A DNA stretch of 44,464 nucleotides from a virus (Duplodnaviria; Caudoviricetes), in IMG/VR virus record IMGVR_UViG_3300005573_000143, positions 1 through 44,464 of that record. One strand, given 5' to 3'. Under the pieces are notes generated by a model that had not been told where the DNA came from, did not search any database, and was given only the letters and a program-made list of their open reading frames with translations. The position numbers and the translations under genes were made by a program. Within the stretch, counting starts at the first letter, position 1. Every line of letters starts with the position of its first letter. Positions 1 to 8,862 of the stretch are shown piece by piece.

Positions 1-121
1 AATCACTACCAACTTTAATTAAAGTATTAACATTAAGAAAATTATTCCCAGAGCCCAAGCAACTCCAATCTGAAGTTCCAGTTGTTAATTTCATAACAGA
101 CGGTGCTTTTAAAATTTTTAT
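1..121. repeat. Terminal overlap, left copy (circular assembly)
   Basis: 1-121 is identical to 44344-44464, and an ORF reads in frame across the join. Confidence 0.97.
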
Positions 122-2395
122 CCCACCATCTTGCGGTGAAGCCCAAAAACCATAAACTTCTTTAAAACAATGATAAACATTTTTATTACCTAAACCAGTT
201 CCGAATTGTGTCCATGTTCCATTTCCGCCTGTTAATTTATAAACTCCATAGAAGATAGTTGAAGCATAGAAATCTGAACCATCCTTGAAACAATGATAAA
301 CCTCTTTATCACTTAAACCAGTTCCGAATTGTGTCCATGTTCCACTTCCGCCTGTTAATTTATAAACTCCACTGTTAGTTGAAGCATAGAAATCTGAACC
401 ATCCTTGAAACAATGATGAACAAATTTATTATCTAAACCAGTTCCGAATTGTGTCCATGTTCCACTTCCGCCTGTTAATTTATAAACTCCATAATCAGTT
501 GAAGCATAGAAATCTGAACCATCCTTGAAACAATGATAAACATATTTATTACCTAAACCAGTTCCGAATAATGTCCATGTTCCATTTCCGCCTGTTAGTT
601 TATAAACTCCATAGCCACCAGTTGAAGCATAGAAATCTGAACCATCCTTGAAACAATGACGAACCTCTTTATCACTTAAACCAGTTCCGAATTGTGTCCA
701 TGTTCCACTTCCGCCTGTTAATTTATAAACTCCATAATCAGTTGAAGCATAGAAATCTGAACCATCCTTGAAACAATGATGAACAAATTTATTATCTAAA
801 CCAGTTCCGAATAATGTCCATGTTCCACTTCCGCCTGTTAGTTTATAAACTCCACTGTTAGTTGAAGCATAGAAATCTGAACCATCCTTGAAACAATGAT
901 AAACATATTTATCACTTAAACCAGTTCCGAATTGTGTCCATGTTGTTTGAGAAGAAGTATCCAATCCAACAATTAAATCACCACTAGTTTCTTCATATAT
1001 TACTTTTGCAGTTAAATCTGTTATACCTATACCAACATCACTCCAGGTAACAGTATCCCCAAAAGGGGACTTTTTAATTCCTTTGTCTTTAACTGCGGCA
1101 TAAAAAGCATTCTGTAAAGAACTATATTTACTATTATAAACTGTATCTGTTAAATTAGTTCCCATTAAAGACCAATTACCACCACTTTTCGGTATATAAT
1201 AAACACCACTATTTGTAGAAGTTATTAAATAATAGTTAGATGAAAATACATCATAATATTCATAAATTTGATTAACCACAATAGAATTTAATCCAGTACC
1301 GAATATATTCCAATCAGTATAAATTGGAATATAATTAAATTGTCCAATCACATCCATGAATCTTGCATAGTTATTTATATCCCCTGTGCCATCAATTTTA
1401 AACACATTATAATTTTTTAAAACTTTATGTGAAGACCATCGATAAGGGGTAAAATCTTCCCAATCAAATTCATAAACATGAGTGTCATTTTGTACACCAC
1501 AAACTAAAATATATTTTGTTTCTTTTGTTAATGAAGAAAAAAGTTGTAATAAGGCTACTTCATGCCATTCATTATTTGTTCCAATATTTTGACTATCATA
1601 TTGAATCATATATCTATTTATTCCAGAATTATAAGTACATCCATTTAATGCCCTTTGGACTGTCATCATTGCATTTGTATTTGTATAAGTCAGAGCAGAA
1701 TTCACAATAAAATGTGTTCCGTTTACAATAGAGTTTATTGTTCTAACCATTCCATTAATATTAACTGTATAACCAGTAGATAAAATAGAAGTTCCACTAT
1801 TAAATACTTGCACGCATGTACTTGATAAAGATATATTGACATTAACTCCAATCCCATTAGGATAAGCATTAGAAAAAGTTGTACTATCATACAAATTATG
1901 TCTTATAATCCCACACCAGGTAAAATCTCCTGTATTAGTATCAAATTCATGTAGAAGCAATTCTGTAGATTGATCCAAATTTCCAGTATCATTTATAAGG
2001 CACATTATTCTATCTGTAAATTCTAATACATAAGATTTATGATTAGTTCTATCTATTTGAATATAAACATCTGGATAATTAGTTTTAAACAAATCATAAT
2101 CAAAATCGATAAAATCATTAAATACATCCAATAATTCTCCTAATTCATCTCCATTTATAGAATAAAAATAAAGAGTTCTATTAATTTGTAGAACCACTTT
2201 ATTTTTATGAACTATAAAAGCTTTTACAGCTCCTTCTGCTGGCAAATCCAAAACATCTTTTTTATCATATCTTAAGCGCCATCCATCTCTATCTTTTGTA
2301 AGATTAATTATTTCTTTTACATGTTGTTGGTCTAAATTATTATCTCGTAAGTCCATTCCAAGTATATTAGAAAGATTTATACTTCTTCTTTCCAT
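1..2395 (-). CDS. 5' part of large tail nozzle/tail tubular B-like protein with inserted beta-propeller (continues at 44343..41492; ~1748 aa total)
   Basis: Missed by the ORF track. ATG at 2395 (MERRSINLSNILGMDLRDNNLDQQHVKEIINL...), open frame down to position 1, in frame with the MKLTT ATG at 94/44437 (2301 nt = 767 codons). Lies after the adaptor and before the ejection genes. Confidence 0.85.
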   Translation of the reverse strand, partial: MERRSINLSNILGMDLRDNNLDQQHVKEIINLTKDRDGWRLRYDKKDVLDLPAEGAVKAFIVHKNKVVLQINRTLYFYSINGDELGELLDVFNDFIDFDYDLFKTNYPDVYIQIDRTNHKSYVLEFTDRIMCLINDTGNLDQSTELLLHEFDTNTGDFTWCGIIRHNLYDSTTFSNAYPNGIGVNVNISLSSTCVQVFNSGTSILSTGYTVNINGMVRTINSIVNGTHFIVNSALTYTNTNAMMTVQRALNGCTYNSGINRYMIQYDSQNIGTNNEWHEVALLQLFSSLTKETKYILVCGVQNDTHVYEFDWEDFTPYRWSSHKVLKNYNVFKIDGTGDINNYARFMDVIGQFNYIPIYTDWNIFGTGLNSIVVNQIYEYYDVFSSNYYLITSTNSGVYYIPKSGGNWSLMGTNLTDTVYNSKYSSLQNAFYAAVKDKGIKKSPFGDTVTWSDVGIGITDLTAKVIYEETSGDLIVGLDTSSQTTWTQFGTGLSDKYVYHCFKDGSDFYASTNSGVYKLTGGSGTWTLFGTGLDNKFVHHCFKDGSDFYASTDYGVYKLTGGSGTWTQFGTGLSDKEVRHCFKDGSDFYASTGGYGVYKLTGGNGTWTLFGTGLGNKYVYHCFKDGSDFYASTDYGVYKLTGGSGTWTQFGTGLDNKFVHHCFKDGSDFYASTNSGVYKLTGGSGTWTQFGTGLSDKEVYHCFKDGSDFYASTIFYGVYKLTGGNGTWTQFGTGLGNKNVYHCFKEVYGFWASPQDGGIKILKAPSVMKLTTGTSDWSCLGSGNNFLNVNTLIKVGSD
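165..944 (-). repeat. Coding tandem repeat, 6 full plus 1 partial unit of 120-123 bp (40-41 aa propeller blades)
   Basis: Unit consensus TWT[QL]FGTGLxxKxVxHCFKDGSDFYASTx(2-3)GVYKLTGG[SN]G; DNA nearly identical outside the x positions. Confidence 0.95.
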
Positions 2396-2400
2396 TTTTA

Positions 2401-3747
2401 TTATCTCCAGAAATTATAAAAATCTGAAGTTATGCTATCATTATAAATATTAGCCTCATCACTATCCAGTGAATATTTTATATTTTGTTTTTCAGTCTCA
2501 TAATCATTTTTATGTAAAACTGCTTTTTCAGGTCTATTTCGACGCAATTCAGCTTCAATACAAGCGTGAATAGAAATTAATGGTTGAATTTCTAATGGGA
2601 ATTGGTCTTCTTCATATTGATATTTTAAAGGATAAGATAATGATAAATAATTCATTACAAAAGGAACGAATTTAATTTGATCGCCATCCGTAAAATATGG
2701 TCTATTATCTACATAAATTATAAGTCCAGAAGCTGTACTACCTGTATAATTAGTATTTAATTCAAAACTTGTATTACTGGTTATACTTGCAACTGTGCCT
2801 ATATTAGTTCCATCATAATAAATAGAATCTCCAACGGTTAAATCCGTTAAAAACAAAGTGTCTGTCCCTATAACTGTAGTGCTTCCATTAGTTAATGTTA
2901 CAGAACCAGTAATTCTTAACATATTTTTATAATCATTTAATAAATCAAATCCTGTAATATATAAAGTATATTCAGAATCTTCTACAGTTTCTTCTATTTT
3001 TGATACTCTTGCATATTCATATACTCCAGCTGATACATCATATATTTGTATATAACATTTCACATTTTCCCATTTAAGGATATCTTCAAAATTATAAGCA
3101 TAGCTCCATGTTCCATCTCCAGTAGCCAAACTGGTATCAACTGTAAATGTAGTTATATTAACAATAGATGTTACAGTTCCTATAGTTCCAGCAGAATCTT
3201 TTACTTTATATCCAACCTGTAATTGTGATGTTAATCCACCAGAAATTGTAATCGTATTACCGCTGACAGATATTGTCCCTATACCAGTAGTATAAACAAC
3301 ATCATCTACTACAATAATACCATTATTTCTATCAAAAGATTTTATTTTAAATGGCAACTGAACATCTTTCGATTCAGGTGGATTTAATAAAACTAATTTT
3401 TTTCTATTTTTATCAATTCTAAACATATTATCATATAAACTTAATCCACCAAAGTTTTTTGTAGTTTCCACATTTTCTTTATTAAGAGGTGAATACATTA
3501 TTTGATTATAAACATCAAAGATACTAATTATTGATTTAAAATCAATTGGCAAATCATATTCATCAACATATAATTTTGGCATAATAAAAGTATATCTTTC
3601 CAAGCACTTTAATTCTCTGGCTATAACTTTTCGTGAATTATTTATAAATACAGTCAGTGCAGAATCTGTATGATATGGTGGAACATTTGCTCTAGGATTA
3701 TCTGAAGTTCTCGCCCTTATATCTCTTATATACTCATTCAGGTTCAT
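2401..3747 (-). CDS. Putative head-tail adaptor (tail tubular A-like) with inserted beta-rich domains
   Basis: Adaptor-like N-terminus (MNLNEYIRDIRART...FINNS..VIAREL) and helical C-terminus; lies just upstream of the nozzle gene; two internal G(D/Y)xI...V.SI...T.F modules. Confidence 0.6.
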   Translation of the reverse strand: MNLNEYIRDIRARTSDNPRANVPPYHTDSALTVFINNSRKVIARELKCLERYTFIMPKLYVDEYDLPIDFKSIISIFDVYNQIMYSPLNKENVETTKNFGGLSLYDNMFRIDKNRKKLVLLNPPESKDVQLPFKIKSFDRNNGIIVVDDVVYTTGIGTISVSGNTITISGGLTSQLQVGYKVKDSAGTIGTVTSIVNITTFTVDTSLATGDGTWSYAYNFEDILKWENVKCYIQIYDVSAGVYEYARVSKIEETVEDSEYTLYITGFDLLNDYKNMLRITGSVTLTNGSTTVIGTDTLFLTDLTVGDSIYYDGTNIGTVASITSNTSFELNTNYTGSTASGLIIYVDNRPYFTDGDQIKFVPFVMNYLSLSYPLKYQYEEDQFPLEIQPLISIHACIEAELRRNRPEKAVLHKNDYETEKQNIKYSLDSDEANIYNDSITSDFYNFWR

Positions 3748-3931
3748 TTATAATTTCCTCTTTTTTCTTTTTTCTTTTTTTATTATTTTTCATATATACA
3801 AATCTTTTTTTTAAATATTCCTTCATTTTTTTTACTTTATCTTCTTTATCTTTATTCATCTTATCATTATTCATATTATCAAATTTATCCTTCTTTTTGT
3901 CAGTAGTTAGTATACTTATTACAATTGCCAT
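3734..3931 (-). CDS. Small Lys-rich hypothetical protein
   Basis: AGGAGG RBS, tightly packed in the operon; low complexity. Confidence 0.55.
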   Translation of the reverse strand: MAIVISILTTDKKKDKFDNMNNDKMNKDKEDKVKKMKEYLKKRFVYMKNNKKRKKKKEEIINEPE

Positions 3932-3944
3932 AAATTTTTCCTCC

Positions 3945-4919
3945 TTATTTAAACATTTCGAATGCTATTTTTTCTGCAAAATATTCACTTGAAAAAGTTT
4001 TAGCATATTCAGAGAATAAAAAATTCCTCATGTTTTTTATTCTCTTTTTATATTCATTTAATTCCATTTCTTTTATTTTTTTATATAATTCTTCATAGTC
4101 TACAATTCCGTTTATCATAGGATTTATTAAAAAATTATAATCTTTAAAATGATGGTCTTCATATCCAAGATAAATCGGAATAGTTCCTGCAAATATAGAA
4201 TCCCATATTTTTTCTGTTATATATCCATAATCAGTTAACAAATTTTCATAACAGATAGCAAATTTATATTGTTTCAATGTTTGAATTTTTGATTTTACAT
4301 TTCCCTTATATGTTTTAAATCCATAATTTTCCCAACCAATACCATATAAATCGAAATCTTCTGGATGATTATTCTCGAACCATTTTATTGCTTTTAATCT
4401 TTCAGAATATAATTCATTAGGATAATTTAACATTTTATTACTTACAATTGTACAACACAATTTATCTCGTTCATCAGTTATAATATCAGAAGGAAATTTA
4501 TTAGGAAAATGAATTTCAATATATTTTTTCCCATCTATTAATCTTTTATCCCATGTGAATATTTTCTTGAAAAACTTATCATTACTATAATTATAATTAT
4601 CAGGTTTTACCATTTCATTTTCAAAAAGGATTAGATATAATTCTATATTATTCTCCATACATTGATTAAGAAATGTTTCTGAATTTGATGGATAATCAAT
4701 AAACAATATCTTATTACATTTTAGTGGATGTATTATATCAAGAGTATTAATTTTAATATTATTTTCATTCAATATTTTCTTTAATTTTATAAATCCATCT
4801 CCCAAATTTTCGCCTATTGGATAACTTCCTGGATTAAATATAGCATTATTATAATTAAAATGAGGATAATAATTATAAATTCCTACATTAATTTCAGAAC
4901 TTTCTGTTATTATATTCAT
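3945..4919 (-). CDS. Glycosyltransferase family 10 (alpha-1,3-fucosyltransferase-like)
   Basis: YKFAICYEN...GYITEKIWDSIFAGTIPIYLG matches the GT10 alpha-1,3-FucT motif; upstream ...VSNK...LYSER...FDLYG.GW is also typical. Confidence 0.85.
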   Translation of the reverse strand: MNIITESSEINVGIYNYYPHFNYNNAIFNPGSYPIGENLGDGFIKLKKILNENNIKINTLDIIHPLKCNKILFIDYPSNSETFLNQCMENNIELYLILFENEMVKPDNYNYSNDKFFKKIFTWDKRLIDGKKYIEIHFPNKFPSDIITDERDKLCCTIVSNKMLNYPNELYSERLKAIKWFENNHPEDFDLYGIGWENYGFKTYKGNVKSKIQTLKQYKFAICYENLLTDYGYITEKIWDSIFAGTIPIYLGYEDHHFKDYNFLINPMINGIVDYEELYKKIKEMELNEYKKRIKNMRNFLFSEYAKTFSSEYFAEKIAFEMFK

Positions 4920-5644
4920 TACACACCTTCTTTAAAACTATTTAAAGATACCATTCCATTATGAACAGTAAGTATAGAAGTATCAACCCAGGTATCAATT
5001 CCCAATTCTCTACATTTTTCTGTTATCCAAAAATCTTCGCTTAAATATGTGCCTCTTTTCCCAGTTTTTCTATATTCTTCTTTCATTTTTTCTGTTAATC
5101 CAACTCTAAACAAATCATACATTTCAAAGTCAGAATTTATTGATATATCTCCTCCAGTTAACACACTATTTCCATCATATACTGCACCTTCTTTTTTTGC
5201 TTCTTCAACAAGGAGTTCAATCACATGTCGTGAAAACATAATAACTGCAGTGCCAAGCCATCTTACTTTTAAAAGAGTTCCTTCGTATAAATTATCCATA
5301 GCCAATGGCTTTCCATTTTCATCGTTTCCAATATTAAAGTTTAATATATTATTAATAGATTTTAATCTAACTCCAGCACCAACAATATCTTTATTATAAT
5401 TATACAATTTTTTTATATCCTGTCCAGAAACATAAATATCTGCGTCAACAAATAAAAGTTTATCAAATTCCTTGTGATGATAGAAATAAGAAGCTATAGT
5501 ATTTCTTGCTCTGGTTATAAGACTTTCATTTCCTATACCATACAACATATATTGCACACCACTTACTGCAGCCTCAATCATAGTTTTCTCGTGATCTAAA
5601 TGAACCATGCCATTATAGGCTGGTGTTCCTATTAACAATGCCAT
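4919..5644 (-). CDS. GT-A fold glycosyltransferase-like protein
   Basis: IGTPAY, ESLITRARN, LLFVDAD (DxD motif), GTAVIMFSR, YLSEDFW, WVDTSI..H. Confidence 0.8.
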   Translation of the reverse strand: MALLIGTPAYNGMVHLDHEKTMIEAAVSGVQYMLYGIGNESLITRARNTIASYFYHHKEFDKLLFVDADIYVSGQDIKKLYNYNKDIVGAGVRLKSINNILNFNIGNDENGKPLAMDNLYEGTLLKVRWLGTAVIMFSRHVIELLVEEAKKEGAVYDGNSVLTGGDISINSDFEMYDLFRVGLTEKMKEEYRKTGKRGTYLSEDFWITEKCRELGIDTWVDTSILTVHNGMVSLNSFKEGV

Positions 5645-5832
5645 AACAAATTCTCCTTTTTTAAAATTTTTTTTATTATTTCTGACAATTGATTTATTCT
5701 TTCTTTTAAATACTCTTTATGAATTTTTTTTGCCATAGTATATGATATTTCTCCTTTATCAATAAGTTTCAATAATTCAACTGTCCATTCTGGTGGTATC
5801 AATAATCCATACAATTTAAAATTTTTTTTCAT
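5632..5832 (-). CDS. Small helical hypothetical protein (GatB C-terminal-like motif)
   Basis: In operon after a terminator; IPPEWTVELLKLIDKGEISYTMAKKI resembles the GatB/Yqey helical segment. Confidence 0.5.
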   Translation of the reverse strand: MKKNFKLYGLLIPPEWTVELLKLIDKGEISYTMAKKIHKEYLKERINQLSEIIKKILKKENLLWHC

Positions 5833-5835
5833 ATA

Positions 5836-5867
5836 AATAAAAACATAGGGGAGAAATTCTCCCCTAT
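5836..5867 (-). terminator. Rho-independent terminator after capsid/decoration genes
   Basis: Inverted repeat ATAGGGGAGAA-n-TTCTCCCCTAT (5845-5867) followed on the minus strand by GTTTTTATTT. Confidence 0.8.
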
Positions 5868-5875
5868 TATTCTCC

Positions 5876-6814
5876 CTATAAATTATTAACTACACAAGCT
5901 ATGACACGGGAGTTAATGTTCATAGCTACTCCGATATTTCCAGTAAATTCTGTAGTAGGTGCGGCATTAACCGTAAAGGCTCTCGCATTTATAAGAGAAT
6001 CCACAGTTCTATAACTAGTACCACTATCTGTTATAGTCAATATATCGCCCACCTTTATTAAAGAACCAACCACAGAACTATTAACTAACCAAGTTGTACC
6101 TGCAGTACAAACATTCACCACTGCATTAGCTGGAACATCTACTCTTCTGCTTATTACATTTGCACAAGAAGCAGAAATTCCAGACTGTAAAGCGGTAGCA
6201 CCAGCAAAAATTACTTGACAAATTGAGCTTACTCCTGAAGCAAGCCCTTTACCAAAGGCCAGAACACCTACGCCTATTGTACTATTATTAGGCATTGATG
6301 TAATAGTAGTTACAAAACTATTAACATTCAATTGTATAGTATCTCCTACTCGTGCCAATAGGTCACAATTAGAAGCTGTTCCTCTTTGTAAAATAAATGT
6401 GCAAGCCGTTGTATCTACCACTACTGGTGCATTCATTATATTACATACAGCGTTAACGCTTCTCATTCTTCCGTTCATATGAGGAACTAATACTGTATTT
6501 TGGTAAACACAACTTTCACTATCGGATACTATGTCAACCATTGTATCTCCATGCCATACAACTCTTGCATAGAGTCCTACATATCTTGCGTCAACATTAT
6601 AATCAGCCACTGCATTTGCTTTTTTCTGTACATTATCGCATATAGTAGCATATCCCTCACTATTTATTTGTAAAGGTGTTCCTTTGCGCACAAATGTACC
6701 AGAAGGGAAATATACTACTTTATATATTTTCTGTCCATCATCGAAACATTCATTTAGCATTTTATAATCATCTGCAGAGGCGACCCAGCCATATTGTGGA
6801 TTTAAATTAGTCAT
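5876..6814 (-). CDS. Putative capsid decoration/cement protein with extra beta domains
   Basis: Directly downstream of the MCP; beta-tulip-like N-terminus (RKGTPLQINSEGYA...AVA...VVWHG) followed by Ser/Thr/Val-rich modules. Confidence 0.55.
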   Translation of the reverse strand: MTNLNPQYGWVASADDYKMLNECFDDGQKIYKVVYFPSGTFVRKGTPLQINSEGYATICDNVQKKANAVADYNVDARYVGLYARVVWHGDTMVDIVSDSESCVYQNTVLVPHMNGRMRSVNAVCNIMNAPVVVDTTACTFILQRGTASNCDLLARVGDTIQLNVNSFVTTITSMPNNSTIGVGVLAFGKGLASGVSSICQVIFAGATALQSGISASCANVISRRVDVPANAVVNVCTAGTTWLVNSSVVGSLIKVGDILTITDSGTSYRTVDSLINARAFTVNAAPTTEFTGNIGVAMNINSRVIACVVNNL

Positions 6815-6824
6815 ATTTCACCTC

Positions 6825-8045
6825 CTATTCACCATACGCACTTTGACATAAGTTCACAAACACATTAGGTAAAGTTATAACGCCCATACATCTTCGATTG
6901 GAATGATAATACATTAATGTGCTTCTGACTGATTTCTGTTGTACGCCATATATTGTTTTTATGTATTCCCAATCATCCCATTTCCAGTTACATTGTTCAT
7001 TAGCCTCAAGGTGCATAAAATCTGTATTAACAATATAAATTTTATTTACTGGCATGATAAATGTTGGAGAAGAACCTATAGTATCATTAACCATTCTGGC
7101 GTCTTCTTGGAAGACAGGAACTCCACCTATAGTGTAGGTTAAGTTTCTGCTTATAGGAGCAGTTTCTTTTTCTTTAGCAAGATTAGTTGCAGAAATCTTA
7201 ACTGCAGAAATTGTAGCTTCCAAAGATGGTAACCAGGCATACTCATAGATTTGAGGAGACATAATAACCATTATGTTTCCCTTACTACCAGCAGGAGTAT
7301 AAGTTAAACATCTATTAATAGCTTTATCAAGTATATCATAGAATGGAGTTCTTAAAGTTCCAGAGGTTACAGTCGTAGCTGCAGCAATAGTTGCAAAATC
7401 AGTGGCTATAGCATGTCCAAACACGCTACTACTACTTGCATAAGCTGATTGTAAATCCCATGACCATGATTGCCATTCCCACCAATCGGAAGTAGTCAGG
7501 TTACCATAACTTCCTGTTCCTATAGCGGTTTTCCAACCATCAAAATCTGGTCTAACTTTACCATCTGGTCTTGTAGTATTTGCACCATCCCCGTTAATTA
7601 TAGAATCCAATATAGAAATTCTCAATCCTTCTATAATTCCAGTCATATAATCCTGAATCCAGTTTGAGAATTTTTTTCCCTTACCTTCATACATTATCAT
7701 CTGCAAGTCTGTATCTGAAACTTGTAAAGTGAATCCTTTATCTACTGCATTAAACTTTGCATAGATATAATTTTTTGCTCCCAATCCTTCTTTTACATCT
7801 CCCATTTGAATATTGAATATTTTTCTATCTCCATATGTAATAGGATAGTGAGCATTAATCGGTATTTTTACTTCTCTTGTAGTGAATGTAGGCAAATTAG
7901 CTATACCTTTTTCACCTGCAGGTTTTAGAATTTTTGTAAGAATTTCATCTTCTTTTACCAATTGTTTTGTTAATACATCAGTACGCACATAAGGTTCAAA
8001 CAATGTATCTAAAACTGCCTGCATTTGAGCATTTGATTGATTCAT
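6825..8045 (-). CDS. Major capsid protein
   Basis: Follows portal and scaffold; ~406 aa; motifs IINGDG, DFDGW..AI, IMSPQIY, IGGVPVFQED, NKIYIVNTD..HL. Start at 8045 chosen for its AGGAGG RBS. Confidence 0.75.
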   Translation of the reverse strand: MNQSNAQMQAVLDTLFEPYVRTDVLTKQLVKEDEILTKILKPAGEKGIANLPTFTTREVKIPINAHYPITYGDRKIFNIQMGDVKEGLGAKNYIYAKFNAVDKGFTLQVSDTDLQMIMYEGKGKKFSNWIQDYMTGIIEGLRISILDSIINGDGANTTRPDGKVRPDFDGWKTAIGTGSYGNLTTSDWWEWQSWSWDLQSAYASSSSVFGHAIATDFATIAAATTVTSGTLRTPFYDILDKAINRCLTYTPAGSKGNIMVIMSPQIYEYAWLPSLEATISAVKISATNLAKEKETAPISRNLTYTIGGVPVFQEDARMVNDTIGSSPTFIMPVNKIYIVNTDFMHLEANEQCNWKWDDWEYIKTIYGVQQKSVRSTLMYYHSNRRCMGVITLPNVFVNLCQSAYGE

Positions 8046-8151
8046 ATTAACCTCCTTTTTTTCACATATCAATCTTATTTTATTTTAAAGAGAGATTAAT
8101 ATTCATCCACAACGGGTGAATTTCTGCTCTTTTTTTTAAAAAAAATAAATT

Positions 8152-8859
8152 TCATTCTCCAAATATATTATTCAATTTCTTCTTTACATATTCTTGAAAT
8201 TTTGGGTCTTTATATCCGTTTATATCAGCCAAACTTTCTTCTGGTTTTTCTGCTGTTTGATTAGTGCTACCGAATCCAAATATTTGTTTTCTTCTATTCA
8301 TTTTTTCTTTTAAATCAAGTAATTCATCATAAATTTTGTCAAAATTTTGAATTTTTAACATTTCTTCAGGAGTAAAATATCTTCCTTCTTTAGCCGACCT
8401 ATCGAAAAGTTCTTTTTGTATTTCATCTTTATTGAAAATCTTTCCATATTTTTCATGTTGTGCAAGTTCTTGCATTTCTTTCAAGAAACTTTCAGCCATT
8501 GTTCTTTCATCAATTCTTTTAAAACCACTTTTTGCTTTTTCCATTTCTTCTTTTAATTCATTATTTTCTTTTTTAATTTCTTCAATCTTATTAGTAAGAT
8601 ATGTAATTTGTTCTTTCAAAGTTCCAACACTTTTTTTAGCTTCTTCTACAACAGATTTAGATTGAGCTTTACTATATTCTTTATGCACTTTAGCTCTCTC
8701 TTGTAAAATTTTTTGAGGATTTTCTTTTATTTCGTCCTCTTCATTGTTATTTTCTACAACATTTTCTTGCTCATCAGAAGAAGAATCTTCTTCTGTAAGA
8801 TAAGGATTAATTAAATCAGTTAAATTTTCTTCAACATTAATATTTTCAGCTGATTCCAT
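8152..8859 (-). CDS. Putative scaffolding protein
   Basis: Acidic N-terminus and coiled coil; lies between portal and MCP. Confidence 0.7.
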   Translation of the reverse strand: MESAENINVEENLTDLINPYLTEEDSSSDEQENVVENNNEEDEIKENPQKILQERAKVHKEYSKAQSKSVVEEAKKSVGTLKEQITYLTNKIEEIKKENNELKEEMEKAKSGFKRIDERTMAESFLKEMQELAQHEKYGKIFNKDEIQKELFDRSAKEGRYFTPEEMLKIQNFDKIYDELLDLKEKMNRRKQIFGFGSTNQTAEKPEESLADINGYKDPKFQEYVKKKLNNIFGE

Positions 8860-8862
8860 ATT

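Noticed and set aside
165-944. Diversity-generating retroelement target: variable codons are mostly NNT/NNC, compatible with mutated AAY
   Set aside because: No reverse transcriptase or non-coding template repeat is visible. Wobble adenines (ACA, GGA, TCA) are invariant in all units and there are 3-nt indels, which fits recombination plus selection better than adenine mutagenesis.
165-944. CRISPR-like array (constant blocks with variable inserts)
   Set aside because: Variable parts are only 6-18 nt, unit lengths are multiples of 3, and the whole region is an open reading frame.
8101-8121. Hairpin between scaffold and capsid genes as a terminator or riboswitch
   Set aside because: Stem is imperfect on the coding strand and has no following U-tract there; too weak to call.
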